NCBI GenBank assembly: GCA_951406725.2
Contig: OX597814.1
Location: 156,674,001 to 156,738,000, forward strand
Length of the DNA stretch: 64,000 nt
Direction: 5' to 3'
DNA from: Octopus vulgaris
Lineage: Eukaryota
In this document: positions 13,779-25,801 of the stretch, in pieces
How positions within the stretch are numbered: the stretch's first letter is position 1
Layout of the letters: each line of letters starts with the position of its first letter
Notes under the pieces: generated by a model
The model's input: the letters and a program-made list of their open reading frames with translations, nothing else
What the model was told of the DNA's origin: nothing
The model's database searches: none
Position numbers and translations under genes: made by a program

Positions 13779-14211
13779 GTTTTGAATTTTGGGAGAATGG
13801 GTAAGTCAATTGCATTGATCTCAGTGCTCAACTGGTATTTATTTTATTGACCTGAAAGGATGAAAGACAAAGCTGACCTCACTAGAATTTGAACATTGAA
13901 AGTAAATATAAATGAAATGCCACTAAGCATTTTGCCTGGCAAGCTAACAATTCTACCAGCTAGTCACCTTAATAATAATAAGAAGAAATAATATTAATGC
14001 AGATATTTATGTTAAAGACCATCAGGAAAAGAAATTCTTATTAATTACAGTATTCGTACCAACAAATGATAATCTTTAACCAAAAGAACAGAGAATATAT
14101 CTTAAGAGGTAACACAAATGCAGGAGTTAAAAGCATAAAGAATCTGTATAATAACAGGTATATCGAGAAATGATGATTAAACATGCAGACAAACATATGA
14201 CCAAAACTCTA

Positions 14212-14690
14212 GAATGAATATGGTGGATAATGGAAAACTTCCAACTCCTGTAGTTTCGCCAATATCATTTTTGCAATGTGTGCTCTGGCATTGTCTTGCA
14301 ATAAAATATGAGTGGATCTGTTGACTAATCTAGGCTGTTTTGTTTTTGTAAGTTTCTGTATCATTTGGTCCAGTTGGCTGCAGTATAGTTTGGCCGTGAC
14401 TGACAAGCCAGGTTTAATGAAATCATAACAGATCACACCTGTGTCAGACCACCAAACACACCATCAGCCTCTTTTGATGCATTTTGCTTTTGAGACTGTA
14501 TTTTGGTGGCTCATCTTTGTCCAACCATTGTGCCGAATCTTTACACTTGTTGTATTCAATCCATTTTTCATCACATGTTACAGTTCAATTCAAAGAGGAT
14601 TCATTTTTGTGACAAGAATGTAGCAAAATGCAGGCTTCCAAACGTTGCTGTTTCTGATTTTCATTGAATTCATGTGGAACCCAATTCATG
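14212..14690 (-). pseudogene. Mariner transposase fossil
   Basis: Motifs WVPHEF, VTCDEKW, LLQDNARAH and YPPYS (cf. WVPHEL, TGDEKW, HDNARPH, YSPDL), broken by a stop and a frameshift. Confidence 0.9.
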
Positions 14691-15190
14691 TGGTAAGCGA
14701 AACGAGAGCTAAGGAAGCATTTTAGGTTTCCGATATAGCAGATATATATTTGTGAAAGAGGACAACAAACAGCAAGGCATAACAAGCATCATACACATCA
14801 TTATTCTTTGATTAGTCGTGGTCTTACAGCTATTTCTGGGATATCCCAAGTGATAGGTGAGCATGCCTGAATATGGGATATTCTATCATCAGAGACAAAT
14901 AGACAAAATATGAAGGATCTAGAAATGGAAATAATCAGATACAAGATCTAGACATGGAAAATTCACAGATAATAGGCAATGAAATAGAAGAGCAGAGAAT
15001 AAGGAAATAAGAAAAAGTACACAGTTCATATTTCCGAGGGTATGGGTGCTAGTCTGTATGTCCTTAGGTAAAATCCTAGGGAAATCCAGGTAGTATTATA
15101 ACAAAGAATGGTTAGTGTTTTCACAGTATAAATATCCAGGCAATATTTTGACAGAAAATATATACACACAAATATATATATGCATGTATA

Positions 15191-16089
15191 CAAGGGGTTC
15201 AGGCTAAATTTGAAAAAAGAAGACAAGAAATCTCATCCAAAAATAAAAGTATGTAGCAAACAAGGTAGTTGTTGTCTTTCTCAACTATGCCCCGCCACAT
15301 AGTAATCCATGGGATTACAATTGGGGAATTAGGAAGCCAGAAATTGGGGTTGGTGAATTAACACGAATTCTCAGACAGTCGCTTCTGACTTGCTAATGAT
15401 TCTGCCAGCTCATCTCTACTTAAATTAATACTAATAATAAACTTACTCTGATAGGCACAAAGCTCAAAATTTTGATGGGAAGGGGCCAGTCAATTATATA
15501 GACCTCGATGCTCAACTGGTACTTATCTAACTGATCCCAAAAGGATGAAAAGCAAAGTGGATCTTGATGGCATTTGAACACAAAACAAAAAACTGGAAGC
15601 AAGGAGTCAAATCCTGTTGCCACACATATGGTCTTTCAGCAGCAACCCTTTCCAGCCAGGGATTGACCACAGTCTCCAGCAGCCTCACACACCCATCTAA
15701 ACTGAGCCTAAGACCTTGTCCAATGATGTAGGGATAAATTCTGGTATGCAGAAGCAAACAGGATATCTTCTGTGTCCCTTACTGCTGGTTATAACTTCGT
15801 AGTCTCTGGTGCAGCTGTCCATCTCACATCTTACAGCCTTTAGAGTATTCACAGAGCATTGAGTAGCAGTAATGGTCTCAGCATTTTGATAGCTGGCATG
15901 AATCATCATGATAAATATGTCTTTTCCAATATTCAGACGGCTTCCATTCCTCCATGTCAGCTACCTTTTTCTTAACTATGACATTAATTTCTATACTCTC
16001 CGATGCCATTACTTGTTCAACAATACCTCAAGCTGTTCTTGGAGAAAGGAGACATAAAGAAATGTCAAACTTAGCCCAAACATCCTATG
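15191..16089 (-). mobile_element. Degenerate, internally deleted Tc1/maT-like DNA transposon
   Basis: Peptide GLRLSLDGCVRLLETVVNPWLERVAAERPYVWQQDLTPC resembles the DD-superfamily QQDxAPxH region. Imperfect terminal inverted repeats (CAAGGGGTTCAGGCTAAATTTGA / TCAAACTTAGCCCAAACATCCTATG) are each flanked by TA. Confidence 0.7.
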
Positions 16090-17169
16090 TATATATGTGT
16101 GTGCATGTATGCTTCTATACATGCTTATACAATGGCAAGGTAGATTGACATGTATGAATATCAATGTCTTTCTCCTTATGTCATTATGTACTGATTATAA
16201 AGTATATGAACAAGTTGATTTTACAATCACTTATTTGGCTAAAAAGGAAAGCTATGTCCCCCTCAAATCATATTGTAATAAAAAAAAAATATACATTAGT
16301 GTTGTTCCCAACAGGCAAAACAACAAGATGACTACAGCAAGAATGCATTTAATCATTAGATCTTGATCAGAACTGACATGCTGCTAAACAACAGATTCAA
16401 AGAAATGAGAAATTTTTCATGCATTGCTGGTCCTACTAGAGGTAGCAACAAAGTCTCCTTCAAATAACCACATTCTCCTATCTTAAAAAAGAAAATGAGA
16501 AACACATGGGACAATGTAATCCAAAATATATTGAATGATCATGGTTATTATATATTTGAACATATTTCCACTCAGTCAAGCATAACCAGCAGATAAATAA
16601 CAAGAAGCAAGCATTGAAATAAAACATTGCTAACAGACATAAGAATCATGTTAACATAAGAGTGTGCAGGAAGCAATGAGAGAAATTATGTATTATCCGA
16701 GATTAAACAGAGGCAATTAGTCATTGAAACCAAACTACAGAGGTGATGATACATTCAAGACAGATCATGACGCCAGGAATTATTATCAGGGAAGCTAGTT
16801 TGTTGAATTAGTAATTAAAATTAGAAAAACATAGTTCTAAATATCACGCAACTCTATGCCTTGATGCATAATGAATAAACAGATAAATAAAACAAATAAA
16901 TAAATAATCTACTTAAGAATAAACAAATAAACTTCCTTTTGTGGTCATCTCAGAAAGTAGTAAATTTGGAGGAAGGCCAATGAAATATATTTTGTTCAAA
17001 ACATAATTACACATGCACAACACACACACACACACACATGATTTTTTTAATATAAATATATAAATGTGTGTATGTGTGTGTGTGTATATTCTTTGATATC
17101 TTTCAAAATATTATATATATGCAGATATAGTATTCTATAATTTTATTCATATATATATACATGCCCATG

Positions 17170-17405
17170 GGCATATAGCATAGTGGTTAAGAGTGCAGGC
17201 TACTAACCCCAAGATTCCGAGTTTGATTCCAGGCAGTGAACTCAATAATAATAATAACAACAACATCAAAAAATACTTTAGGAATGAGAACCCAGGTTTG
17301 AAATTTCCCCAAGACACCTGATGAAGGCTGGAGGGTATATCAGCCGAAACGTTGTGTTAACAACAAACAAGATGCGAACAAATATCCGTCAATTTTAAAT
17401 AGTGT
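17170..17405 (+). mobile_element. tRNA-headed SINE with (AAT/AAC)n linker and hammerhead-containing tail
   Basis: A box TAGCATAGTGG and B box GAGTTTGATTCC; two more copies at 60297-60793. Confidence 0.8.
17313..17358 (+). ncRNA. Minimal type I hammerhead ribozyme (Penelope-type)
   Basis: Stem I GACAC/GTGTT; core CTGATGA (17318-17324) plus an extra A; stem II GGCTG/CAGCC with a 10-nt loop; GAAA; palindromic ACGT in place of stem III; predicted cleavage after GUU (17353). Confidence 0.75.
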
Positions 17406-17406
17406 A

Positions 17407-17952
17407 TCATCATCATCATCATCGTTTAACGTCCGTTCTCCATGCTAGCATGGGTTGGACGGTTCGACCGGGGATCTGGGAAGCCAGAAGGCTGCACCAG
17501 GCTCCAGTCTTATCTGGCAGTGTTTCTACAGCTGGATGCCCTTCCTAACGCCAACCACTCCGTGAGTGTAGTGGGTGCTTTTTACGTGCCACCTGCACAG
17601 GTGCCAGGCAAGGCTGGCAACGGCCACGGTCGGATTGGTGTATTTTATGTGCCACCGGCACGGAAGCCAGACGAGGCGGTGCTGGCATCGGCCACGAGTC
17701 GTATAGTGCTTTTTACGTACCACCAGACCAGGGATCCTGGCTGGTTCAATTCGATTTCGATTTCGCTTGCCCCAAAATGTCTTCGCAAGCAAGGGGGTTG
17801 GCATGGGTGCCTGTCGTACGGTCAGATTGGTGTATTTTACGTGCCACCGGCACGGAAGCCAGTGGAGGTGGCGCTGGCATCGGCCACGAGTCGGATAGTG
17901 CTTTTTACGTACCACCAGACCAGGGATCCTGGCTGGTTCAATTCGATTTCGA
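17407..17952 (-). mobile_element. Young RTE-LINE 3'UTR with an internal duplication (about 17627-17762 and 17817-17952)
   Basis: Reverse complement of the RTE tail; duplicated block ...CCAGACCAGGGATCCTGGCTGGTTCAATTCGATTTCGATTT. Confidence 0.8.
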
Positions 17953-17966
17953 TTTATATGTATATA

Positions 17967-18016
<50 letters not shown>

Positions 18017-20466
18017 GCTTCTTTCACTTTTCATCTATCAAATCCACTCACAAGGCTTTGGTCAGCCTGAGACTATAGTAGAAGACACTTGTCTAAGATG
18101 CCATACAGCAGGACTGAACCCAGAACCATGTGGTTGGGAAGCAAGCTTCTTACTACACAATCACATCTGTGCCTTTATTTACTTACATACAAGAGAAAAA
18201 ATACTCAATTCATGTAGTAATTGTATTCATATATTTATTACTATATAAGTGTGTGTGTGTGTGTGTACATCATCATTGTCACTTTTATGCTAGCTTTTTC
18301 CATGCTAACATAGGCTGGGTGAGACTGATTGAGGTAATATTTCTAAGACTGGATGACCTTCCTGACACAGACCTTTATTAGCTTTCAAGTTAGATACACC
18401 ATTACCTGTCTCTACGGCTTTGATTCACCAAAATGCTAATCATTTTGTTCATATGTGGCATAAAGATGTTAACCACAATCCAAACATTATCAAAGAGAAG
18501 ACTTACTCATATTGCCAGATACATTGAGACACAAACAGCCAGTAACATAGGACACACAAACAATTGTGTAGACAAAGAGGTAATATACAGTAACTAACAG
18601 ACTAACAAATACAAAGACTAACACACTAAGTAAAAATAAAATAAACGCTATCAAAATTTGTGGAGCAACAGACTGAGCTCTGGATTGGATGAAACAAGGT
18701 TGTAAAAGAAAGGGCTGCTGCAAACTATAATTTAAGTATGACTAAGAGCAGGTTCTAAAAATAAGCATGTCCACAGAGAAAACCTTTAACTCAGAACCCT
18801 CATACCCTGAAAAAAGGAAAAAAAAAACATAAGGTATGGCTGGGCTAAAAATGGATTTTTACACAAAGTTTGAGGAAGAGGTAAACTGTAGAATTGCAGC
18901 AGTGTTGGTGGGGGGAAAACAGTAGATGGAGAGAGAGAGAGAGAGAGAGAGAGGGATTTGGTTCATATTACCTCTAAACTAGGTGCTTGTTTTTGAAGAA
19001 GAGGTTAGTAACTCCATCTGGTATAGGATGATGTTGATGTTTGATCTTCTGCCTGGAAGTCAGTCAGAATATGACATTCATGATAATTCACTTTCAAGTC
19101 AAAGAGAGTAAATGAGTACCAGATAGGGATTAAACAGAACAAGCACACACACACACACACACACACACATCTTATTCATGTACAGGAACATATAACACTT
19201 CCGAGTGTGTGTATATATGTGTATACACACACACACACACATACATTATACCTGTGTTTATTTTAGTATATGAGGAGGGGAGATAAAGAGGGGACGAAAA
19301 CATTTCTAATCCCTAAAACAAACCCAACCCAATTCAATTTGTCCCTACCACCCACTCCCCAAAATGGCCCCTGTTTCTTAAACATACACACACAGATATG
19401 ATAAAATGCTTATCATCAATAACTTGTAGTGACAAGCATAAAATAGGTGGGGGGGGGGGACATGCAGTGCCAACATGAAATTAGACAAATTTGGGTATCT
19501 ACAATAAAACTTATTTCAAAGTATAAAAAAGTAGTATAAAATAAATTATAATAAAACAAAATAATTTAAAAAATCTAGAAAGGAGAAATTGTCCCCTGTT
19601 GAGAAAAAAATAATACTGATAGCTCCCCTGATAAGTTGTTACTGATAAGGCAAAAGTAAATAATGTACCAAGATATGAATTAGAAAAAAGGGAGTTAGGG
19701 AATTATTTTGCTCATCGTTTCTTGAATTCTCACCCCAGTGTTAAATAAATATGAGTTTTAAGATGACTAAAAACAAAATGTTTATGAAAATCTCTTCCTC
19801 AACAGCATGTTTATGAACAGGACTTTGCCAGCTGGGAAAGAAACTACTGTCTTTGATAAACTACCAGATAAATACTACAATCTATACTACTACTACTACT
19901 ACTACTAGTGATGCTGCCATTACTCCAAACAGGAAGAGTCAGTTGTTAAACTATAAAAATGAATTTTATAAATTTTTTCACAACTTCCTTTTCAGATTTC
20001 TTATATCAGCCTATCTGAGATTACCCATAGCTCTGTGGTATAAAATTTCCAATTCTAAAATAGTCACTTTTAAATTAAAACTGTCCATCAAATTTTATAG
20101 AAGAATATTTTGTTAATTTATATTCCAAACATTAATTTAATAGTGATGAAATTACTTTCAGTGTTAATTTGAAAGTCAAGCAGCATATTTCATCAGTAAT
20201 ATGGTAATGAAAGAGTTAAGACAGAAGCATGACAAATCTTAAAAAATTATTAAAAAAATTTTTGTAACTTCATAGATAGAGGCATGGTGGTATGGGTAAG
20301 AAGTTCACATGGTAGTCACATGATTTGGGGTTCAATCCTGCAATGTGGTCTCTTGGACAAGTGTCTTCTATTATAGATGACTTGTGAGCGAATTTAGTGG
20401 ATGGAAACTGTGAGGAAGTTCATTACGTGTGTGTGCGTATGCATATGTCATCATCAGCAGCAGCAT

Positions 20467-20840
20467 GGAGGCGCAATGGCCCAGTGGTTAGGGCAGCGGA
20501 CTGGCATTTGGAGGATTGTGGTTTCGATTCCCAGACCGGGCATTGTGTGTGTTTATTAAGCGAAAACACCTAAAGCTCCACGAGGCTCCGGCAAGGGGTG
20601 GTGGCGACCCCTGTTGTACTCTTTCGCCCCAACTTTCTCTCACTCTTTCTTCCTGTTTCTTGTCCCCGACTTCCTACACAACCGCAGAGCCTGGATGCAC
20701 ATTCATCCATCCATCGATGCTCTCAGTGTCGGGGGTTGACCTGCTTTCTCTTCTGCGGGTCTTACTAATAGCAAAGGACCATGTATCGGACTTCTCCCAC
20801 TACGGACAAAGACTGCTTCACTCAACAAACAAACAAAGAA
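20467..20840 (+). mobile_element. tRNA-derived SINE (family C), nested in an older family-B copy (about 20280-21130)
   Basis: GGAGGCGCAATGGCCCAGTGGTTAGGGCAGCGGACT...GGTTTCGATTCC head; related heads at 57474 (+) and 60023 (-). Confidence 0.7.
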
Positions 20841-21169
20841 ATTATCAGCAGCATCATTGTTTAATGTCCTCCTTTCATGTTGGCATGGGCTGGATGATTT
20901 GACAGGAGCTGGCCATATCTTTGTGTGTCTTTGTCCCGGTTTGTCTTGTCACTGCTTGACAACCAGTGCTAGTTTGCTCATGTCCCTGTAACTTAGTGGT
21001 TTGACAAAAGACACCAACAGAATAAGTACAAGATTAAAGAAGTAAGTACTGGGGTTGATTAGTTTGACCAAAACCCTTGAAGGTGGTGCCCCAGCATGGC
21101 TAGAGTCCAGTGACTAAAACAAGTAAAAGATATTTTTTTCAAATGTTGGTGCAGGTTGTATGAATGTAC

Positions 21170-21395
21170 TCTTTTACTTTTTTGCTTGTTTCAGTCATTT
21201 GACTGAGGCCATGCTGGAGCACCCATTTTAGTCGAGCAAATCAACCCCAGGTCTTATTCTTTGGAAGCCTAGTACTTATTCTATTGGTCTCTTTTGCTGA
21301 ACCACTAAGTTACGGGGATGTAAACACACCAGCATCGGTTGTCAAGCAATGTTGGGGTTGGGGGAGGGCACAAACACAGACACACAAACACACAC

Positions 21396-21430
<35 letters not shown>

Positions 21431-21592
21431 GACGGGCTTCTTTTAGTTTCTGTCTACCAAATCCACTCACAAGGCTTTGGTCGGCCCAAGGCTATTGTAG
21501 AAGACACTTGCCCAAAGTGCCACGCAGCGGGACTGAACCCGGAACCATGTGGTTGGTAAGCAAGCTACTTACTACACAGCAAGTCTTGCGCC
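21170..21592 (-). mobile_element. Full-length family-B tRNA-SINE
   Basis: Reverse complement of 40494-40880, with an internal (TA)n(TG)n and a (GTAAAAGA)n-like tail. Confidence 0.85.
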
Positions 21593-22132
21593 TATGTTAT
21601 TTGTAAATATTTATTTGCCATCTATGAATACTGCAGTAGAAAAGCTGTGATGCTAAAACAATGTTGGACTTCTGCCCAGATGGTTATGTAGTTCAAAGCT
21701 TATGGCTTACAAACAATCTGTAATGCTTCTTAACAAGATGTCTAACTTAATACATTGCACTGTCTGTTACACTCAGACATGGTGGACAATTGATCCCACT
21801 TCTAAGTGATTAAAATAGGAAGGGTGTATGGCTGTAAATAGCAAAAAGAAACCAAAAATAAAGTAAATGGCAAATGTTCCAACAATACTCAAATGCCAAA
21901 ATTTTCAAGCACAGTGTAAGCTCGCATTAAAAAAATAGAATACGCAAACACAGTTATGAGAATATATTTCTGTCATGAATTTGAAAGAGTGATGAAGTAT
22001 TTTTTCTGTTGAGACATTAGTGGCATGGCTGAAGAAGAAAGCTGTACTTTTAAAAATCCTGTTGTTTCACTGATTTTGTTATGATAATTGGGGTAATGGA
22101 GAGGCTCCCAGAGAAGTTCAGATCCAACCATA

Positions 22133-22343
22133 TTCTTTTACTCTTTTACTTGTTTCAGTCATTTGACTGTGGCCATGCTGGAGCATCACCTTTAGTCAAG
22201 CAAATCGATCCCAGGACTTATTCTTTGTAAGCCTAGTACTTATTCTATCAGTCTCTTTTGCCGAACAGCTAAGTTACAGGGATGTAAACACACCAGCATC
22301 GGTTGTCAAGCGATGTTGGGAGGGGGGACAAACACAGACACAC

Positions 22344-22409
<66 letters not shown>

Positions 22410-22567
22410 GACGGGCTTCTTTCAGTTTCTGTCTACCAAATCCACTCACAAGGCTTTGGTCAGCCCGAGGCTATAGTAGAAGACACCTGCCTGAGGTGCC
22501 ACGCAGTGGGACTGAACCCGGAACCATGTGGTTGGTAAGTAAGCTACTTACCATACAGCCACTCCTG
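22133..22567 (-). mobile_element. Full-length family-B tRNA-SINE
   Basis: Same structure as 21170-21592. Confidence 0.85.
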
Positions 22568-23765
22568 TGCTGTATTTTACTTAGCTCTTTATATACCCAT
22601 AGTCACTAATATTGGTTTGAAATTTTGGCACAAAGCCAGCAAGATGGCAGAGTAAAGCAATTACAAATACTCCATTTCCTAATTGGTGCTTATTTTACTG
22701 ACCCCAGAAGGGTGAAAGGCAAAATCAACCTCAACAATATTTGAAATCATAATATAAAGAGCCAAAAGAAATGCCACTAAGAATTTTGATCCAACATGCT
22801 AACGATTCAGCCAGCTTCACATGGCCAATTATATTACTACCTGTTTTGTATTGGAGTTCAATCAATTGATTACACAATCTACTTTCAAATTTTGGGCCTT
22901 GTGTCAGACAAAATGCTTTGAAGTATTTAGTTATGAATCTTTACATTCTGAGTTCAAATCCTGCCGAGGTCAACTTTGATTTTCATCCCTTAGAGGTTGA
23001 TAAAATACAATATTACTCATCTACTGGATCTACTTAAATGACTATCCCACAGCAGACACACATAAACAAATTTCAGATCCTGTGCCAGAGTAAGAAACAA
23101 CTGCTATGATCATCTCAGTGATAGATAAAGAGATTATTAAAATTCATGAGGTCACTACACAAACATCCCATTTTATAAATATACAAAAGAGAAAACAGTC
23201 AAAAGACATCTTAACCCAGCTGGTATCATCAAAAATATCAATACAATATAAAACATATAAAATGAATTAAAAAAAAAAACCCAAACGTACCAAGCCTGTT
23301 AAAAAAACACTCTCTAACAAAGGGTTCTGCCAAAAGCATCCTTCTTTCAGCTCCTTGTAAGGGAAATTACATGCACATTCTATTTCTAAAAATCAAAATA
23401 TTTATATTTCTTATCACAGAAAGGTAAGTGGGAATAAAGGACAATTACTTTCCCATTTTTATGTAAGATAAGATTATTATTATTTCTATTATTAACATTA
23501 TTTTTGTACAGTTATCATTGTTATCATTATTCAGTTGTCTTATTTTGCTTGTGATTTCACTGCACTATGAAGCATAGTGCACAGTGTTCGTTTTGTTTTG
23601 TTTATTATCATTATTATTTAAGATGTCGAACAGTATCCAATATCGTGATGTTGATTGAAGATATTGTGTCTACTGGGGGTTTGTACTGTCTGTCCTGTTT
23701 CAACAAGGACCTCAGACAGTATTTTATGGAACTATACATATATTGTAATTATTATTATTATTATT

Positions 23766-24780
23766 AAGGCAGCGAGCTGGCAGGATTGTTAGCATGCTGG
23801 ACGAAATGCTTAGCAGTATTTCGCCCATTGCCATGTTCTGCAAATTCTGCCAAGGTCAACTTTGCCTTTTATCCTTTCAGGGTGAATAAAATAAGTACCA
23901 GTTGAACACTGGGGTCGATGTAATCAACTCATCCTCACTTCCCTAAAGCTGCCCTTGTGGCAAAAATTTGAAATAATAATTATCATTATTATTATCATCA
24001 TCATTATTATTATTATTAAGGTAGGTGAGCTGGCAGAAAAGTTAGCGCGCTGGGCGAAATGCTTAGCAATATTTCGTCTGCCATTACGTTCTGAGTTCAA
24101 ATTTCACCAAGGTCAACTTTGCCTTTCATCCTTTTGGGGTTGATTAAATAAGTACCAGTTACGCACTGGGGTCGATATAATCGACTTAATCCGTTTGTCT
24201 GTCCTTGTTTGTCCCTTCTGTGTTTAGCCCCTTGTGGGTAGTAAAGAAATAGATGAGCTGGCAGAATCATTAACATGCCACACAAAATGCTTAGCAGCAT
24301 TGCTTCCAGTTTTTTGTTTTGTGTTCAAATGCCATCAAGGTTCACTTTGCCTTTCATCCTTTTGGGATCAATTAAATAAGTACCAGTTGGGCATCAGGGT
24401 CTATATAATCGACTGGCCCCTTCTCATCAAAATTTTGAGCTTTGTGCCTATCAGAGTAAGTTAATTATTAATATCAATTTAAGTAGAGATGAGCTGGCAG
24501 AATCATTTGCAAGTCAAACAAAATGCTTAGCAGCATTTATTCTGGGTCTTTACATTCTGATTTCAAATTCCATTAAGGTCGACTTGGCATATCATCCTTT
24601 TAAGGTAAATAAAACAAGTACCAGTTGAATATTGGGGCTGATGTAAAATTACCAGTCTTGTACCAAAATTTGAAACCACTATTGTTTGAGGAGGTGGATT
24701 AACAGAATTGCTAAAGTGTAGGATAAAATAACTTGCAGTATTTAGATATGACTCTTTATGTTCTGAGTTCAAATCCCACC
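23766..24780 (+). mobile_element. Head-to-tail cluster of about 5 family-A SINEs
   Basis: Repeated GAGCTGGCAGAA heads and TTTCATCCTTT...AAGTACCAG cores. Confidence 0.8.
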
Positions 24781-25052
24781 TTCGTTATTGGTTATAGATT
24801 TCCATCAATTCAATCATTTATTCACTGCATTTGCAATGGCAAGAGTGTTAGATTGTATACACTACTCTGGCAGGATAAGTGTTTTTGTTTGCATACAGCT
24901 GTTTAACAGATTTCTTGGTGTTGCATATATCTATGTATGTTTAGTATACTAGTTTAATAGTACAGAGAAAAACTTATGGCTATCTATAATACATATAATG
25001 CACACATACATAAATATATATCTATATACATGCATATTCATATGTGTGTGTC

Positions 25053-25101
<49 letters not shown>

Positions 25102-25275
25102 GTATATGCATATATACACATATATATATGTGTGTGTATGATGGGTTTCAACATAGTTGCTCAACTTGGTAGAAATAACAACTGAATTTCTCTCTTATCA
25201 CATCCCACTTCCTTTACATTTCACAATGCACTCCTAGATATAAAATGTTTCTTTGATAACAGGTCTCCTCAGTTA

Positions 25276-25608
25276 GGATGGCTCAGTGGTTAAAGCATCG
25301 AGCTTATGATTGTGAGGTTGTGAGTTTGAATCCTGGACCAGGCTGCGTGTTGTGTTCTTGAGCAAGACACTTTATTTCACGTTGCTCCAGTTCACTCAAC
25401 CGTAGAAATGAGTTGCGACGTCACAGGTGTGAAGCTGTATCGGCCTTTGCCTTTCCCTTGGATAACACTGGTGGCATGGAGAGGGGAGGCCGGTATGCAT
25501 GGGCGATTGCTGGTCTTCCATAAGCAACCTTGCCCAGACTTGTGCCTGGGAGGGTAACTTTCTAGGTGTGATCCCACAGTCAGTCATGACTGAAGAGGGG
25601 GGGGTCTC
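25276..25608 (+). mobile_element. tRNA-derived SINE (family D); other copies at about 31930-32200 (-) and 49590-49930 (-)
   Basis: A box TGGCTCAGTGG, B box GAGTTTGAATCC, then GTGTTGTGTTCTTGAGCAAGACACTT. Confidence 0.75.
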
Positions 25609-25766
25609 AAAGCTAAACAAGAAGATCACTAATACCAATAACAACACCATCACAATCATCAGCAATTATTGGCATCATTATGCTAACGCCATCATCCTGA
25701 TTGCTAACCAAGGCCATCAAACAACAACCACAAACTGTTTATGAAATAAATAGTCTAAATGCACAC

Positions 25767-25801
<35 letters not shown>

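Noticed and set aside
17442-18248. 268-aa ORF
   Set aside because: It runs antisense through an RTE 3'UTR, microsatellites and a SINE.
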